Part shown: positions 1-8,806 of the stretch, one piece after another | Position numbering within the stretch: the first letter of the stretch is position 1 | Layout of the letters: every line of letters starts with the position of its first letter | The notes under the pieces: model-generated | The model's input: only the letters and a program-made list of their open reading frames with translations | The model's database searches: none | Told to the model about the DNA's origin: nothing | DNA from: Gemmatimonadales bacterium | GTDB lineage: Bacteria > Gemmatimonadota > Gemmatimonadetes > Gemmatimonadales > GWC2-71-9 | DNA length: 44,705 nucleotides | Assembly: GCA_039794085.1 (NCBI GenBank) | Contig: JBDIWC010000034.1 | Span: 1-44,705 of the forward strand | Direction: 5' to 3' | Program-made: the position numbers and the translations under genes

Positions 1-96
1 ACGAAGGCCAGGTGTCGGGCCGCATCTGGTCTTGGGAGTAGGAACCCCGCAGACCGCGAGCATACCCGGGCAGTATCTGTGGCTCCGAGTGTGCAA

Positions 97-135
97 GCCT
101 CTTTGGTTCCGGCTCTGCCGGCTTAGGGAGTAGGG
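97..135 (+). repeat. 39-bp dispersed repeat, copy 1 (CCGGC-TCT-GCCGG hairpin followed by GGGAGTA tract)
   Basis: gcctctttggttccggctctgccggcttagggagtaggg recurs at 1372-1410 with 2 mismatches. Confidence 0.85.
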
Positions 136-368
136 GGTAGGGAGTAGGGAGTAGGGAGTAGGGAGTAGGCGGTAGGCGGTGGGGGTTGGCGGTAGGGGGT
201 GCCCTCTCGTTTGTCCTGCTTCCGACCGCCTCCTGCCTGGTCTTCCTATCGTCTACCGTCTACCGTCTACCGTCTACCGTCTACCGCCTGGCAGTTCCCT
301 ACCGCCTACCGCCTATAGCCCACCGCCCAACAGTTCCCCGCCGCCTATCGTCTACTCCCGACTCCCCC
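124..368. repeat. Heptamer tandem tracts in inverted arrangement: (TAGGGAG/TAGGCGG)n ... (CTACCGT/CTACCGC)n
   Basis: G-rich 7-mers at 124-199 and complementary C-rich 7-mers at about 245-368. Confidence 0.85.
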
Positions 369-467
369 CTCCCCCCTTGATTCCCCGCCCCGGGTCCGGT
401 TAGCATCCAGAGGATTCCGCCCGCGGGCACGACCAGTCCGCGGGCTCCGACTGACCCGAGGTGTGCC

Positions 468-1022
468 GTGCGTTGCCTTGCTCTGAATGCGTCCTTTGAG
501 CCCTTGACGATGGTGCCGCTGCATCGGGCGCTTCGCCTCGTCATCGATGGCAAGGCCGAGATCGTGGAGGCTGATGACGCCGCGCCGATACGCAGCGCGC
601 GTCTCGCCGTGCCCAAACCGGCGATCATACGACTCGTCCGGTTCGTGCACGTCCCCCGCCGCTTCCGCCGCCAGGTCACCAACACTTTCCTCTTCGCCCG
701 CGACGACTACCGCTGCCAGTATTGTGACCGGGTCCAGAGCGCCCTGCGGCCCCGGGAATGCCTGACCCGGGATCATGTCATTCCCATCTCCCGCGGGGGG
801 GACAATGACTGGAGCAACGTGGTCACCGCGTGCAGTTCCTGCAACACCCGCAAGGGGAACCACCTCCCGGAAGAGTGCGGCATGTTTCCGCACGTGCCGC
901 CCACCGAACCCCACTTCGTGCACCTGGCCTGGGCCGTCCGCCGCCTGACCGGCACGCAGATGAAGTACATCCGGATGTTCTATGGAGAGGCGACCCTGGC
1001 GGCCATCTCAGGTAGGGAGTAG
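468..1022 (+). CDS. HNH endonuclease (McrA-like, Zn-binding)
   Basis: LALNASFEPL N-terminus, RDDYRCQYC, DHVIPISRGG, NVVTACSSCNTRKG motifs. Confidence 0.92.
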   Translation: MRCLALNASFEPLTMVPLHRALRLVIDGKAEIVEADDAAPIRSARLAVPKPAIIRLVRFVHVPRRFRRQVTNTFLFARDDYRCQYCDRVQSALRPRECLTRDHVIPISRGGDNDWSNVVTACSSCNTRKGNHLPEECGMFPHVPPTEPHFVHLAWAVRRLTGTQMKYIRMFYGEATLAAISGRE

Positions 1023-1060
1023 GGAGTAGGGAGTAGGGAATAGGATTAGGGAATAGGGAA
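1012..1060 (+). repeat. (TAGGGAG/TAGGGAA)n heptamer tract containing the HNH stop codon
   Basis: gtagggagtagggagtagggagtagggaataggattagggaatagggaa. Confidence 0.9.
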
Positions 1061-1247
1061 TAGTCCCTTACGGATAACATTGAACACAAAATGGCAACAA
1101 TATTTTGGGCGACGCCCGGAAACCAGCGTCGGTACTGCGTTTGACGGCGGTTCGGAATGTATTCAACTTGTGTGCCTTCGCGGCGCGGAGTGCGCCGTGA
1201 CCCGGCGATTGGTGTTTCCCGGGGCTGACGGCCGGGGGAGGTGGGAA

Positions 1248-1271
1248 GGGCGGTTCACGAACCGCCCCTAC
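1248..1271 (-). repeat. GTAG-type REP palindrome
   Basis: Minus strand reads GTAG-GGGCGGTTCGTGAACCGCCC. Confidence 0.75.
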
Positions 1272-1371
1272 GCGCCACCGGGAGCCCAGACGAACACCCG
1301 GCCGTGTGAACGGCCTCTCGCCGCCGAGCCCGGGGCGAAAGCCCCGGGGAACTCACGCGAAAACTCGACAC

Positions 1372-1410
1372 GCCTCCTTGGTTCCGGCTCTGTCGGCTTA
1401 GGGAGTAGGG
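1372..1410 (+). repeat. 39-bp dispersed repeat, copy 2
   Basis: Matches 97-135. Confidence 0.85.
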
Positions 1411-1493
1411 AATAGGGAATGGGGAGTAGGGGCGGGCTCTTCCGGCTTCGGCATGGGTTCCTGTCCCTCCGAAGCCCTCTCCCCACCCCCAGA

Positions 1494-1600
1494 GCCAACC
1501 ACAAGAAGCACAAAGGGCACAGAAACCTCTCTCGCCCCATGGTGGGCCCCCATGCGCACCGAGGTGTGCCTCTTGTGAATTCTGTGCTTTTTGTGGCCAT
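1494..1600 (+). repeat. About 107-bp hairpin element with 9-nt periodic arms (GCCAACCACAA...TTGTGGCCAT), copy A
   Basis: Arms are complementary; homologous to 36494-36599 including the interior, and to 35141-35248 (inverted). Confidence 0.85.
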
Positions 1601-1735
1601 CCCCCTCGCACGGCGCGTTGTAATCGACGTGTCTGAAGGGGGGGTCGGGAGTTGCCCACAAAAGATTGTTGCCGTTTTGTGTTCAATCCTGTCCGTAAGG
1701 GACTATTCCCCTGCATCCTGCTCCATCTGGGGCAC

Positions 1736-1759
1736 GGGCGACGCATGCGTCGCCCCTAC
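1736..1759 (-). repeat. GTAG-type REP palindrome overlapping the amidohydrolase stop
   Basis: Minus strand reads GTAG-GGGCGACGCATGCGTCGCCC. Confidence 0.8.
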
Positions 1760-3012
1760 ACCTTACTCCCTGCCCTTCTCCCTCCCCTCCACGTCCCGAC
1801 CACCGGGTGCGCCGCGTCGAGCAACGCCTCGTGGGGATCGGCGATCCCGTCTCCCGCGTCCACCACCGTGAAATCGCCCCACCAACCCGGGGCCACCCCT
1901 CCCGCGTCCGCCAGACCGAGGGCCTCCGCTCCTCCCCGCGTCAGGAGATGCACCGCCCTCTCCGGGGAGAGTCCCGCCGCCACAACACACCGTGCCTCGG
2001 CCCGGAGGTCGCTCGGGGCGACACTCGCCACGGAGTCGGTGCCGAGCCCGACGGGGATCCCCGCCGCGAGAAGCCGGTCCAGGGGAGCGGTGCGTCCATG
2101 GTGCCGCAGGTTCGACCGGGGGCAGTGGGCCACTCCAACGCCGCGGGCCGCGAGCACCGCAATATCGTCCCCGTCGAGGTCGATGGCGTGAATCACCAGA
2201 GTCGCGGGGCCGAGCACCCCATGGGCATCGGCCCAGGCCACCGGCGACCGGCGGGCCGATTCCGCCGCGCCGTGGGCCGGGTCGTCGGGGAGGGGAATCC
2301 CCCGGGCCCGCCACGCCTCGGCGAAGGGGCCGGCCGACCGGGTCACGAGTTCCCGCTCCGCGGCCGATTCCGCCAGATGGAGCGCCAGCGGCCGGTCCGA
2401 GTCCCGGGCATATGCTGCCACCGCCCGATAGAGGGGGCCACTCACGGAGTAGGGCGCATGAGGCGAGACGCCGAGCACGGTTCGAGAGGCGGAGGGAGGA
2501 GCCGCCGGGGCCATGGCCGTCATCGCGGCCACCAGTCCGGCGAGGCTCTCCTCCCGCTGGCCGGGGTGCGGGCCGAAGACCTCGTGATAACAGATGTTGG
2601 CCCCCGCTCCCGGGAGGGTGGAGAGAGCCTCCCAGGCGGCCCCGGTATCGCCGGTGTCGGCGAGGGTGGTCACACCGGCCGCCCACGCGGCCGCGATTCC
2701 CTGCCGGGCCGCGTCACGGGAGTCGTCCCGGGTGCGGCCCGCCTTGGCGCGCCGGATCGCACGGATCCAGTCGCTGAAGTCGTCCTCCTCCACCTGGCCG
2801 TCGAGCCCGGTGAGCTCGAGGTGGGTGTGGGTGTTGACGAATCCCGGCGCCAGGATTCCGCGGGGCAGATCGAGGGAAGGCACCCCGGGGGGATGCGGAA
2901 CCGCCGCCTCCGGGCCGAGGGCAAGGATCCGTCCCGAGGCACCGACCAGGACGGCCCCGGACCGGAGGGGAGGAGTGAGGACGGGAAGGAGCCACCCGGC
3001 GGCCAGACGCAC
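1756..3012 (-). CDS. Metal-dependent amidohydrolase (MTA/SAH or aminofutalosine deaminase-like)
   Basis: PGFVNTHTHLE, SPHAPYSV, LHLAES, HCPRSN, GLGTDS motifs. Confidence 0.88.
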   Translation of the reverse strand: MRLAAGWLLPVLTPPLRSGAVLVGASGRILALGPEAAVPHPPGVPSLDLPRGILAPGFVNTHTHLELTGLDGQVEEDDFSDWIRAIRRAKAGRTRDDSRDAARQGIAAAWAAGVTTLADTGDTGAAWEALSTLPGAGANICYHEVFGPHPGQREESLAGLVAAMTAMAPAAPPSASRTVLGVSPHAPYSVSGPLYRAVAAYARDSDRPLALHLAESAAERELVTRSAGPFAEAWRARGIPLPDDPAHGAAESARRSPVAWADAHGVLGPATLVIHAIDLDGDDIAVLAARGVGVAHCPRSNLRHHGRTAPLDRLLAAGIPVGLGTDSVASVAPSDLRAEARCVVAAGLSPERAVHLLTRGGAEALGLADAGGVAPGWWGDFTVVDAGDGIADPHEALLDAAHPVVGTWRGGRRAGSKV

Positions 3013-3038
3013 GATCGGCCGAGTGGGGTCGCCGGGGA

Positions 3039-5216
3039 TCAGTGTCTCCCCCCCCCTGTTCCCCCGTGCGTACTGTCGGACGGGCGGGGGCCGAAGGAGA
3101 AGGGGGAGTGGCGCCGGCAGGGGACGCCGGGCTCGGTGCCGGGGATGAAGAACTCGCGGCGCACCAGCGCCAACGGGCAGAAGGGGGTGGCGACCTCACC
3201 GGTACTTTCATCAATCATCAGGGTGGACACCCCCTCGGGCATCACCCACTCCAGGGGTGCGGCGCGCCTCTCGTACACTTCCCGCATCATCGCCGTCCAC
3301 GCGGGAGCGGCGAGGCGTCCCCCCTGGGCATTGGGCATGATCTTCCGTGGAAGGTCATACCCCATCCAGACGCCGGTGACGAGGTCGGCGGTGAACCCGA
3401 CGAACCAGACATCGAACCCGTCGTTGGTGGTGCCGGTCTTTCCGCCCGCGGGGTGGGGGAAGCCCCGTGCCGTCACGGCGGAGTAGGCGGTCCCGCGACG
3501 CACCACGTCGCGCAGCACGTCGAGCATGAGCCACGCCTGGACCGAGTCCATCACGGTCACCGCCCGCGACTCGGGCTCCCACACGATGGCTCCGGACCGA
3601 TCCTCGACCCGGAGGATGGCCACCGGTTCGGTGCGCACCCCCAGGTTGGCGAAGGCGGTGTACGCTCCGATGAGTTCCAGGGGGCTCAGGGTGGCGGCCC
3701 CGATGAAGATCGACGGAACCGGATCGATCCGGGTGCTGATTCCGAACTGACTGGCCTCCGCCAGCACCGCATCGACTCCGACCTGCAGCCCGGCACGCAC
3801 GGCAATGGTGTTCCGGGAATTGAAGAGGCCCTGGCGCAGGGTCATGGGCCCCAGAAACCTGTTGTCGAAGTTCTGGGGCTCCCAGGGTTCCTGGCCCTCC
3901 GGCATGGGGAGGCTGATGGGCGCATCGTCGAGGATCTCGGAGAGAGGGTAGCCGGCCCGGAGGTTGGCGGAATAGACGAACGGCTTGAAGGTGGACCCCG
4001 GCTGGCGGAGTGCCTGGGTGACGCGGTTGAACTTGGAGCCCTCCCAGTCCCGGCCCCCGACCATGGCGCGGATCTGTCCCGTTCGGGCCTCGAGGGTCAG
4101 CATGAGGCCCTGGAGGTAGGGGCTCGTGTCCGCCTCGATCTCGCGATTCTGCTGGGCCAGAATTTCCCGATAGGTGGGATGGGGAAAGCGACCCAGGGCG
4201 CCATTTTCGATGGCCTGGAGCTGGGCGTCGAGGGCGCGCTCGGCGGCCTGCTGCATGTCGAGGTCGATCGTGGTGTAGATCCGGTATCCGCCCCGGTAGA
4301 GATCGGCGCCGAAGCGGGGCCGGAGGAGCTGCCGCACATATTCGACGAAGTACTCGCCCACCCCGCTGAAATCGGACCGCGAGGCGAGCGCCACCGGGTA
4401 GGCCTTCCACGCCTCGGCGGAAACGGGCGAGAGGCGTCCGGCCTTGCGCATCAGGTTGATGACGAGGTTTCGGCGCTGCATCGCGAAGCGAGGGTTGCGG
4501 CGCGGGTTGTACAGTGTCGGCCCCTTGGCCAGGGCCGCGAGCATCGCCGCCTCGGCCACGTTGACCTGGCGGGCCGACTTGCCGAAGTATCGCAGAGAGG
4601 CCGCCTCCACCCCGAAGGCCCGGTTCCCCAGTTCGATCTGGTTGAGGTAGAGTTCGAGGATCCGGTCCTTCGAGTAGGTTCGTTCGATTTCCCGCGCCAC
4701 CCGGGCCTCGCGGAGCTTCCGCGCGATCCCCCGCAGGCCCTGGCGATCCCCCCGGTTGATCTGCTCGGGGAAGAGGTTGCCGGCCAGTTGCATCGTGATC
4801 GTGCTGAACCCCTGCACCCGGCCGATCCCGACCGCGGCAAGGGCCACGGTGCGGAGCGCGCCGACAAACCGGACCCAGTCGATGCCATGGTGCCGGTAGA
4901 ACCGCTTGTCCTCCACCGACAGGAACGCCGCCGCCACCGCCGGCGACATCTGGTCGAGGGAGATGACCGTCCGCCGCTCCTCGCCCAGGTCCTTGATCAG
5001 CCGGCCGTCCGCGGCGTACACCTTCGAGGCCTGCTCCGGGTCATAATCGGCGAGCCCGGCGATGGAGGGACAGGCTCCGTTGGCACACACCCGGTGCCAG
5101 GCCACGAAGAGGAGCACCCCACTGAAGGCCGCCCCGGCCAGGACCGTCAGGAGACCCCACCGGAGCAGGGTGCGATTCCGCCACCATGCGGTCCGGGTTC
5201 GAGTGCGTCGCGCCAT
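3039..5216 (-). CDS. Class A penicillin-binding protein (PBP1A family)
   Basis: EDKRFYRHHG, GFSTITMQL, RKLRE transglycosylase motifs; STFK, SRN, KTG transpeptidase motifs; start placed at ATG 5216 after TAGTTT. Confidence 0.93.
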   Translation of the reverse strand: MARRTRTRTAWWRNRTLLRWGLLTVLAGAAFSGVLLFVAWHRVCANGACPSIAGLADYDPEQASKVYAADGRLIKDLGEERRTVISLDQMSPAVAAAFLSVEDKRFYRHHGIDWVRFVGALRTVALAAVGIGRVQGFSTITMQLAGNLFPEQINRGDRQGLRGIARKLREARVAREIERTYSKDRILELYLNQIELGNRAFGVEAASLRYFGKSARQVNVAEAAMLAALAKGPTLYNPRRNPRFAMQRRNLVINLMRKAGRLSPVSAEAWKAYPVALASRSDFSGVGEYFVEYVRQLLRPRFGADLYRGGYRIYTTIDLDMQQAAERALDAQLQAIENGALGRFPHPTYREILAQQNREIEADTSPYLQGLMLTLEARTGQIRAMVGGRDWEGSKFNRVTQALRQPGSTFKPFVYSANLRAGYPLSEILDDAPISLPMPEGQEPWEPQNFDNRFLGPMTLRQGLFNSRNTIAVRAGLQVGVDAVLAEASQFGISTRIDPVPSIFIGAATLSPLELIGAYTAFANLGVRTEPVAILRVEDRSGAIVWEPESRAVTVMDSVQAWLMLDVLRDVVRRGTAYSAVTARGFPHPAGGKTGTTNDGFDVWFVGFTADLVTGVWMGYDLPRKIMPNAQGGRLAAPAWTAMMREVYERRAAPLEWVMPEGVSTLMIDESTGEVATPFCPLALVRREFFIPGTEPGVPCRRHSPFSFGPRPSDSTHGGTGGGRH

Positions 5217-5288
5217 GACCCCCAAACTAGCGGGACCCCCACGGGGTTTCCAGCGGACCCCCGCTTGCCTCTCCTTCCACCGTCCGTG

Positions 5289-5294
5289 TACGAT
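5289..5294 (+). promoter_or_regulatory. Putative -10 box of leaderless tyrS transcript
   Basis: TACGAT 7 nt before ATG 5302, no SD. Confidence 0.5.
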
Positions 5295-5301
5295 TGGCGC
5301 C

Positions 5302-6570
5302 ATGCCGACCCTGCTCACCACCCTGACCGCCCGCGGCCTGGTCCACGACGCCACCCACGACCTCGCCGAGCGCCTGGCCACGGGACTCCCGATCACGGGC
5401 TACGTCGGGTTCGACCCGACCGCCAACTCCCTTCACGTGGGGAACCTGGTTCCGGTCATGGGCCTCGCCTGGCTGCAGCGGTTCGGGGGCCGCCCGATCG
5501 TGCTGATCGGCGGAGGCACCGGGCTCGTGGGCGACCCCAGCGGCAAGCGCGCCGAGCGGCCGATGCTCGACCTCGACACGGTGGATGCGAACGCCCGGGC
5601 ACTCCGGGACCAGCTCACCCGCTTCCTGGATTTCGAGGGCCCGACGGCGGCGCAGATCACCAACAACGCCGACTGGCTGCGCCCGCTCTCCCTGCTCGAC
5701 TTTCTCCGCGACACCGGCAAGCACTTCACCCTGGGGTACATGCTGCAGAAGGAGGCGGTCCGCAGTCGGCTGGAGACGGGGATCTCCTTCACGGAATTCG
5801 CCTACATGCTGGTGCAGGCCCACGACTTCCAGCACCTCTTCACCACGGCGAACTGCGAGCTGCAGATGGGCGGCAGCGATCAGTGGGGGAACATCACCGC
5901 CGGGATCGAGCTGATCGGGCGTCGCACGGGGCAACAGGCCCACGGTCTGGTGCTCCCCCTCCTGACCACGGCCCGAGGGACCAAGTTCGGGAAGACGGAG
6001 GCGGGCAACGTGTGGCTCGATCCCGCCCGCACCAGCCCCTGGCGGTTCTGGCAGTTCTGGCGCGGCACCGAGGACGCCGACGTCGGCCGGTTCCTCCGGT
6101 TCTTCACCTTCCTCCCCCTCCCCGAGATCGACGCCCTGCTGGAGACCCACGCGGCCGATCCCGGCGCCGGGACCGCCCAGCGGCGCCTGGCGGCGGAGGT
6201 AACGGCGATGGTCCATGGCCCGGCGGCGGTGACCCGGGTGGAGGCGGCGAGCCGGGTTCTCTTCGGCCGGGACCCGATCGAGGCACTCGACCACGAGACG
6301 CTCGCGATGATCGCCGAGGAGGTTCCCCGCACTCCGATCGCGGCGGACAGCCTGGAGGGGCTGCCGGTGGTCGATGCCCTGGTCGCGGCGGGTCTCGCGG
6401 CCTCAAAGGGAGAGGCCCGTCGCGGCATCGCGGGTCACGGCTATTCGGTCAACGGAGTGACGGTGGCCCAGCCGGACCAGGTACTCGGCGCGGGAGACCT
6501 GCGGGGGGGGCGCTGGGTGCTGCTGCGGAAGGGGAAGAAACAGTGGGGAATGCTGGAGGCCAGGCGATAG
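5302..6570 (+). CDS. tyrS: Tyrosine--tRNA ligase
   Basis: YVGFDPTANSLHVGN (HIGH), QMGGSDQWGNI, KFGKT (KMSKS), C-terminal S4 domain. Confidence 0.97.
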   Translation: MPTLLTTLTARGLVHDATHDLAERLATGLPITGYVGFDPTANSLHVGNLVPVMGLAWLQRFGGRPIVLIGGGTGLVGDPSGKRAERPMLDLDTVDANARALRDQLTRFLDFEGPTAAQITNNADWLRPLSLLDFLRDTGKHFTLGYMLQKEAVRSRLETGISFTEFAYMLVQAHDFQHLFTTANCELQMGGSDQWGNITAGIELIGRRTGQQAHGLVLPLLTTARGTKFGKTEAGNVWLDPARTSPWRFWQFWRGTEDADVGRFLRFFTFLPLPEIDALLETHAADPGAGTAQRRLAAEVTAMVHGPAAVTRVEAASRVLFGRDPIEALDHETLAMIAEEVPRTPIAADSLEGLPVVDALVAAGLAASKGEARRGIAGHGYSVNGVTVAQPDQVLGAGDLRGGRWVLLRKGKKQWGMLEARR

Positions 6571-6730
6571 GCGGTGGGCAACTACTAGGCGGTAGGCGGT
6601 GGACGGTAGGCTATAGGGACCTACCTGGCCCGCCGCCCACAGCCTAGCAGGTCCCTACCGCCAATCGCCTATAGCCCACAGCCTAGCAGTTCCCTATCGC
6701 CTACAGCCTATAGCCTACCGCCTAGTAGTT
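6566..6730. repeat. Heptamer-built long inverted repeat between convergent genes; probable bidirectional terminator
   Basis: Perfect 18-bp IR aactactaggcggtaggc (6580-6597) / gcctaccgcctagtagtt (6713-6730); inner IR tagggacct/aggtcccta. Confidence 0.8.
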
Positions 6731-7850
6731 CCGCCACCCTCTCCATCTCCTCCCGCGTCGTGTAACAGTGCGGGCTCAGGCGGATGGCGCCCTCACGAAG
6801 GCTGCACACCACGCCAGCGGCGCGAAGGCGATCCCGGAGGACCTCGGGGTCCCTCGGTGCCAGGCAGAGCATGCCCGATCCCCGGTCCCCCCGGGGGGAG
6901 GCCAGGCGGATCCCGCGGCGGAGAGCCCCCTCGATGACGGGCGTCTGGATCTCCCGGATGTGGCGCCAGACCGACTCGACCCCGAGTTCCGCCAGGAGTT
7001 CGAGCGACCGGGTCATGCCGAGCAGATCCTGGAACGGCAGGGTGATCATCTCGAAGCGGCGGGCATCGGGGTGGAGGTTGCCATCGTACCGGAGCCGGGA
7101 GAAGTCCTCGGTCCCCTCGAAGGCCAGCCATCCGACGGTGGCCGGCACGAGGGCCGGAATGTGCTCCCGTCTCACATAGAGAAACCCGGCTCCCCACGGT
7201 CCGAGAAGCCACTTCTGCGCTCCACAGCAGAGAATGTCCACCGGGGTTCGACGCACATCGAAGGGCACGGCCCCGAGGGCCTGGATGCTGTCCACCACGA
7301 GCCAGACATCATTCTGCCGGCAGGCCGCCGAGAGCCGGTCGAGATCGACCCGGTAGCCGGTGTGATACTGCACGTGAGACACCGCGAGCACCCGGACCCT
7401 GGGGTCCGCCAGGCGGGCCAGCATCGCCTCCTCGTCGGGCCACCCCTCGGGGGTGACCGGCACCAGGTCGAGCCCCACGCCCCGGCGGGTGAGGTGCTGC
7501 CAGGGAAACACGTTGGCCGGAAACTCCCCCGCACTCACGACCACGTGCTCGCCGGCGCGGAGAGGGAGCATGCCGGCGGCGAGATTGATGCCGTAGCTGG
7601 TGTTGGTGGCGAGGGCAATCTCCGACGGATCGGCCCCGATGAGGGTGGCCGCGGCCACCCGGGCGTTCTGCAGGATCGGACCGAGCTGGTCGTCGGTGAG
7701 GGTGAAGGGCGCGGCGCGGGAGCGGGAGCAGTGCTCCATAGCGCGCAGAGTCCTCTGCGGCAGGGGACCGATGCTGGCCGCGTTGAGGTAGATGCCGTCA
7801 TCCGTGAAGGGGAACTCGTCGCGGCGCAGGGACTCCACACTCCAGGTCAT
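6708..7850 (-). CDS. Class V PLP aminotransferase (cysteine desulfurase/selenocysteine lyase-like)
   Basis: IYLNAASIGP, VVDSIQALG, GAQKWLLGP, IRLSPHCYT; start ATG 7850 overlaps the permease stop. Confidence 0.9.
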   Translation of the reverse strand: MTWSVESLRRDEFPFTDDGIYLNAASIGPLPQRTLRAMEHCSRSRAAPFTLTDDQLGPILQNARVAAATLIGADPSEIALATNTSYGINLAAGMLPLRAGEHVVVSAGEFPANVFPWQHLTRRGVGLDLVPVTPEGWPDEEAMLARLADPRVRVLAVSHVQYHTGYRVDLDRLSAACRQNDVWLVVDSIQALGAVPFDVRRTPVDILCCGAQKWLLGPWGAGFLYVRREHIPALVPATVGWLAFEGTEDFSRLRYDGNLHPDARRFEMITLPFQDLLGMTRSLELLAELGVESVWRHIREIQTPVIEGALRRGIRLASPRGDRGSGMLCLAPRDPEVLRDRLRAAGVVCSLREGAIRLSPHCYTTREEMERVAELLGGRL

Positions 7851-8719
7851 GGGCGTGCCTCCCGTCCCGGACCGGTGTCCCCGGTTCCGGGGTCGAGGGC
7901 CTGGCGCAACCCGTCTCCCACGAGATTGAATCCGAGAACGGCCATGCCCAGCGCCACGCCGGGAGCGAGCGACACCCAGGGCGCCACCCGCAGGAGATCC
8001 CGCCCGTCCGACACCATGGCCCCCCAGCTTGGCGTGGGAGGTTGAGCGCCCAGCCCCACGAAGGAGAGCGCCGCTTCGGCCATCATGGCGGCGCCGGCTC
8101 CCAGCGTGGCCGCGATGAGCACGGTGGAAGCCACATTGGGGAGGAGATGACGCAGTAGGATCCGGCGCACCGGTGCGCCGAGCGCCTCGGCCGCCACCAC
8201 GTACTCCGCCTCGCGGAGCACCAGGACCCGGCTCCGAACGATCCGCGCCATCGCGGCCCACCCCACGAGACCGATCACCACGAACACGACCGGGAGCGAG
8301 GGGGTGACGGCCGCGGCCACGGCGATCAGGAGGAGCAGGGTGGGAAAGGCGAGGGTGATGTCGGCGAGACGCATCACGGCGGCGTCCACACTCCGGCCCT
8401 GGTACCCCGCGATCAGGCCGAGCGTGGTGCCGAGTGTCGCGGCCACCGCGGGGGCGAGCAGACCCACCCCGACGCTGATCCGCGCTCCATGCAGGACGCG
8501 GCTCAGGACGTCGCGGCCCTGGGTATCGGTCCCCAACCAGTGGGCGGGACCCGGAGGGAGGAGATAGGCCCCGGCGAGGTCGCCTCGGAGCGGATCGGCC
8601 GAGGCGATCCACGGAGCCAGGATGGCGGCCAGCACGACGGTCCCGAGCAGGAGGAGACCGAGCTGGAAGAGGTGGTCGTGGCGCACCTGGTGCACGAGAA
8701 CGCGGGTGATTCGACTCAC
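7847..8719 (-). CDS. Peptide/nickel ABC transporter permease (DppC/OppC family)
   Basis: HWLGTDTQGRDVLSR, EYVVAAEALGA, RHLLPN, LGFNLVGDGLR; start uncertain. Confidence 0.92.
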   Translation of the reverse strand: MSRITRVLVHQVRHDHLFQLGLLLLGTVVLAAILAPWIASADPLRGDLAGAYLLPPGPAHWLGTDTQGRDVLSRVLHGARISVGVGLLAPAVAATLGTTLGLIAGYQGRSVDAAVMRLADITLAFPTLLLLIAVAAAVTPSLPVVFVVIGLVGWAAMARIVRSRVLVLREAEYVVAAEALGAPVRRILLRHLLPNVASTVLIAATLGAGAAMMAEAALSFVGLGAQPPTPSWGAMVSDGRDLLRVAPWVSLAPGVALGMAVLGFNLVGDGLRQALDPGTGDTGPGREARP

Positions 8720-8806
8720 GGGAACCGCACCAGGAACCTCCGGACCGGGGTGGCAGATCCCCGGCCGGGCTTCCACCGGACCGGGGGCACCGGTAAATAT
8801 CTCCCG

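Larger units (their letters stand above)
1056..1710. mobile_element. MITE-like non-autonomous element with about 55-bp imperfect terminal inverted repeats
   Basis: 1056-1110 gggaatagtcccttacggataacattgaacacaaaatggcaacaatattttggg is the near reverse complement of 1655-1710; no transposase ORF inside. Confidence 0.72.

Noticed and set aside
1..100. Possible ncRNA or gene 3' end at the window start
   Set aside because: Too little context and no recognisable RNA motif.
179..403. Short Pro/Ser/Arg-rich ORFs
   Set aside because: They are translations of heptamer tracts.
468..1022. HNH as an RNA-guided or homing nuclease
   Set aside because: It looks like the common stand-alone HNH family; no RuvC or IscB motifs and no intron context.
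3042..6647. 1201-aa plus-strand ORF
   Set aside because: Antisense shadow of PBP1A running into an off-frame of tyrS; no motifs; typical high-GC artefact.
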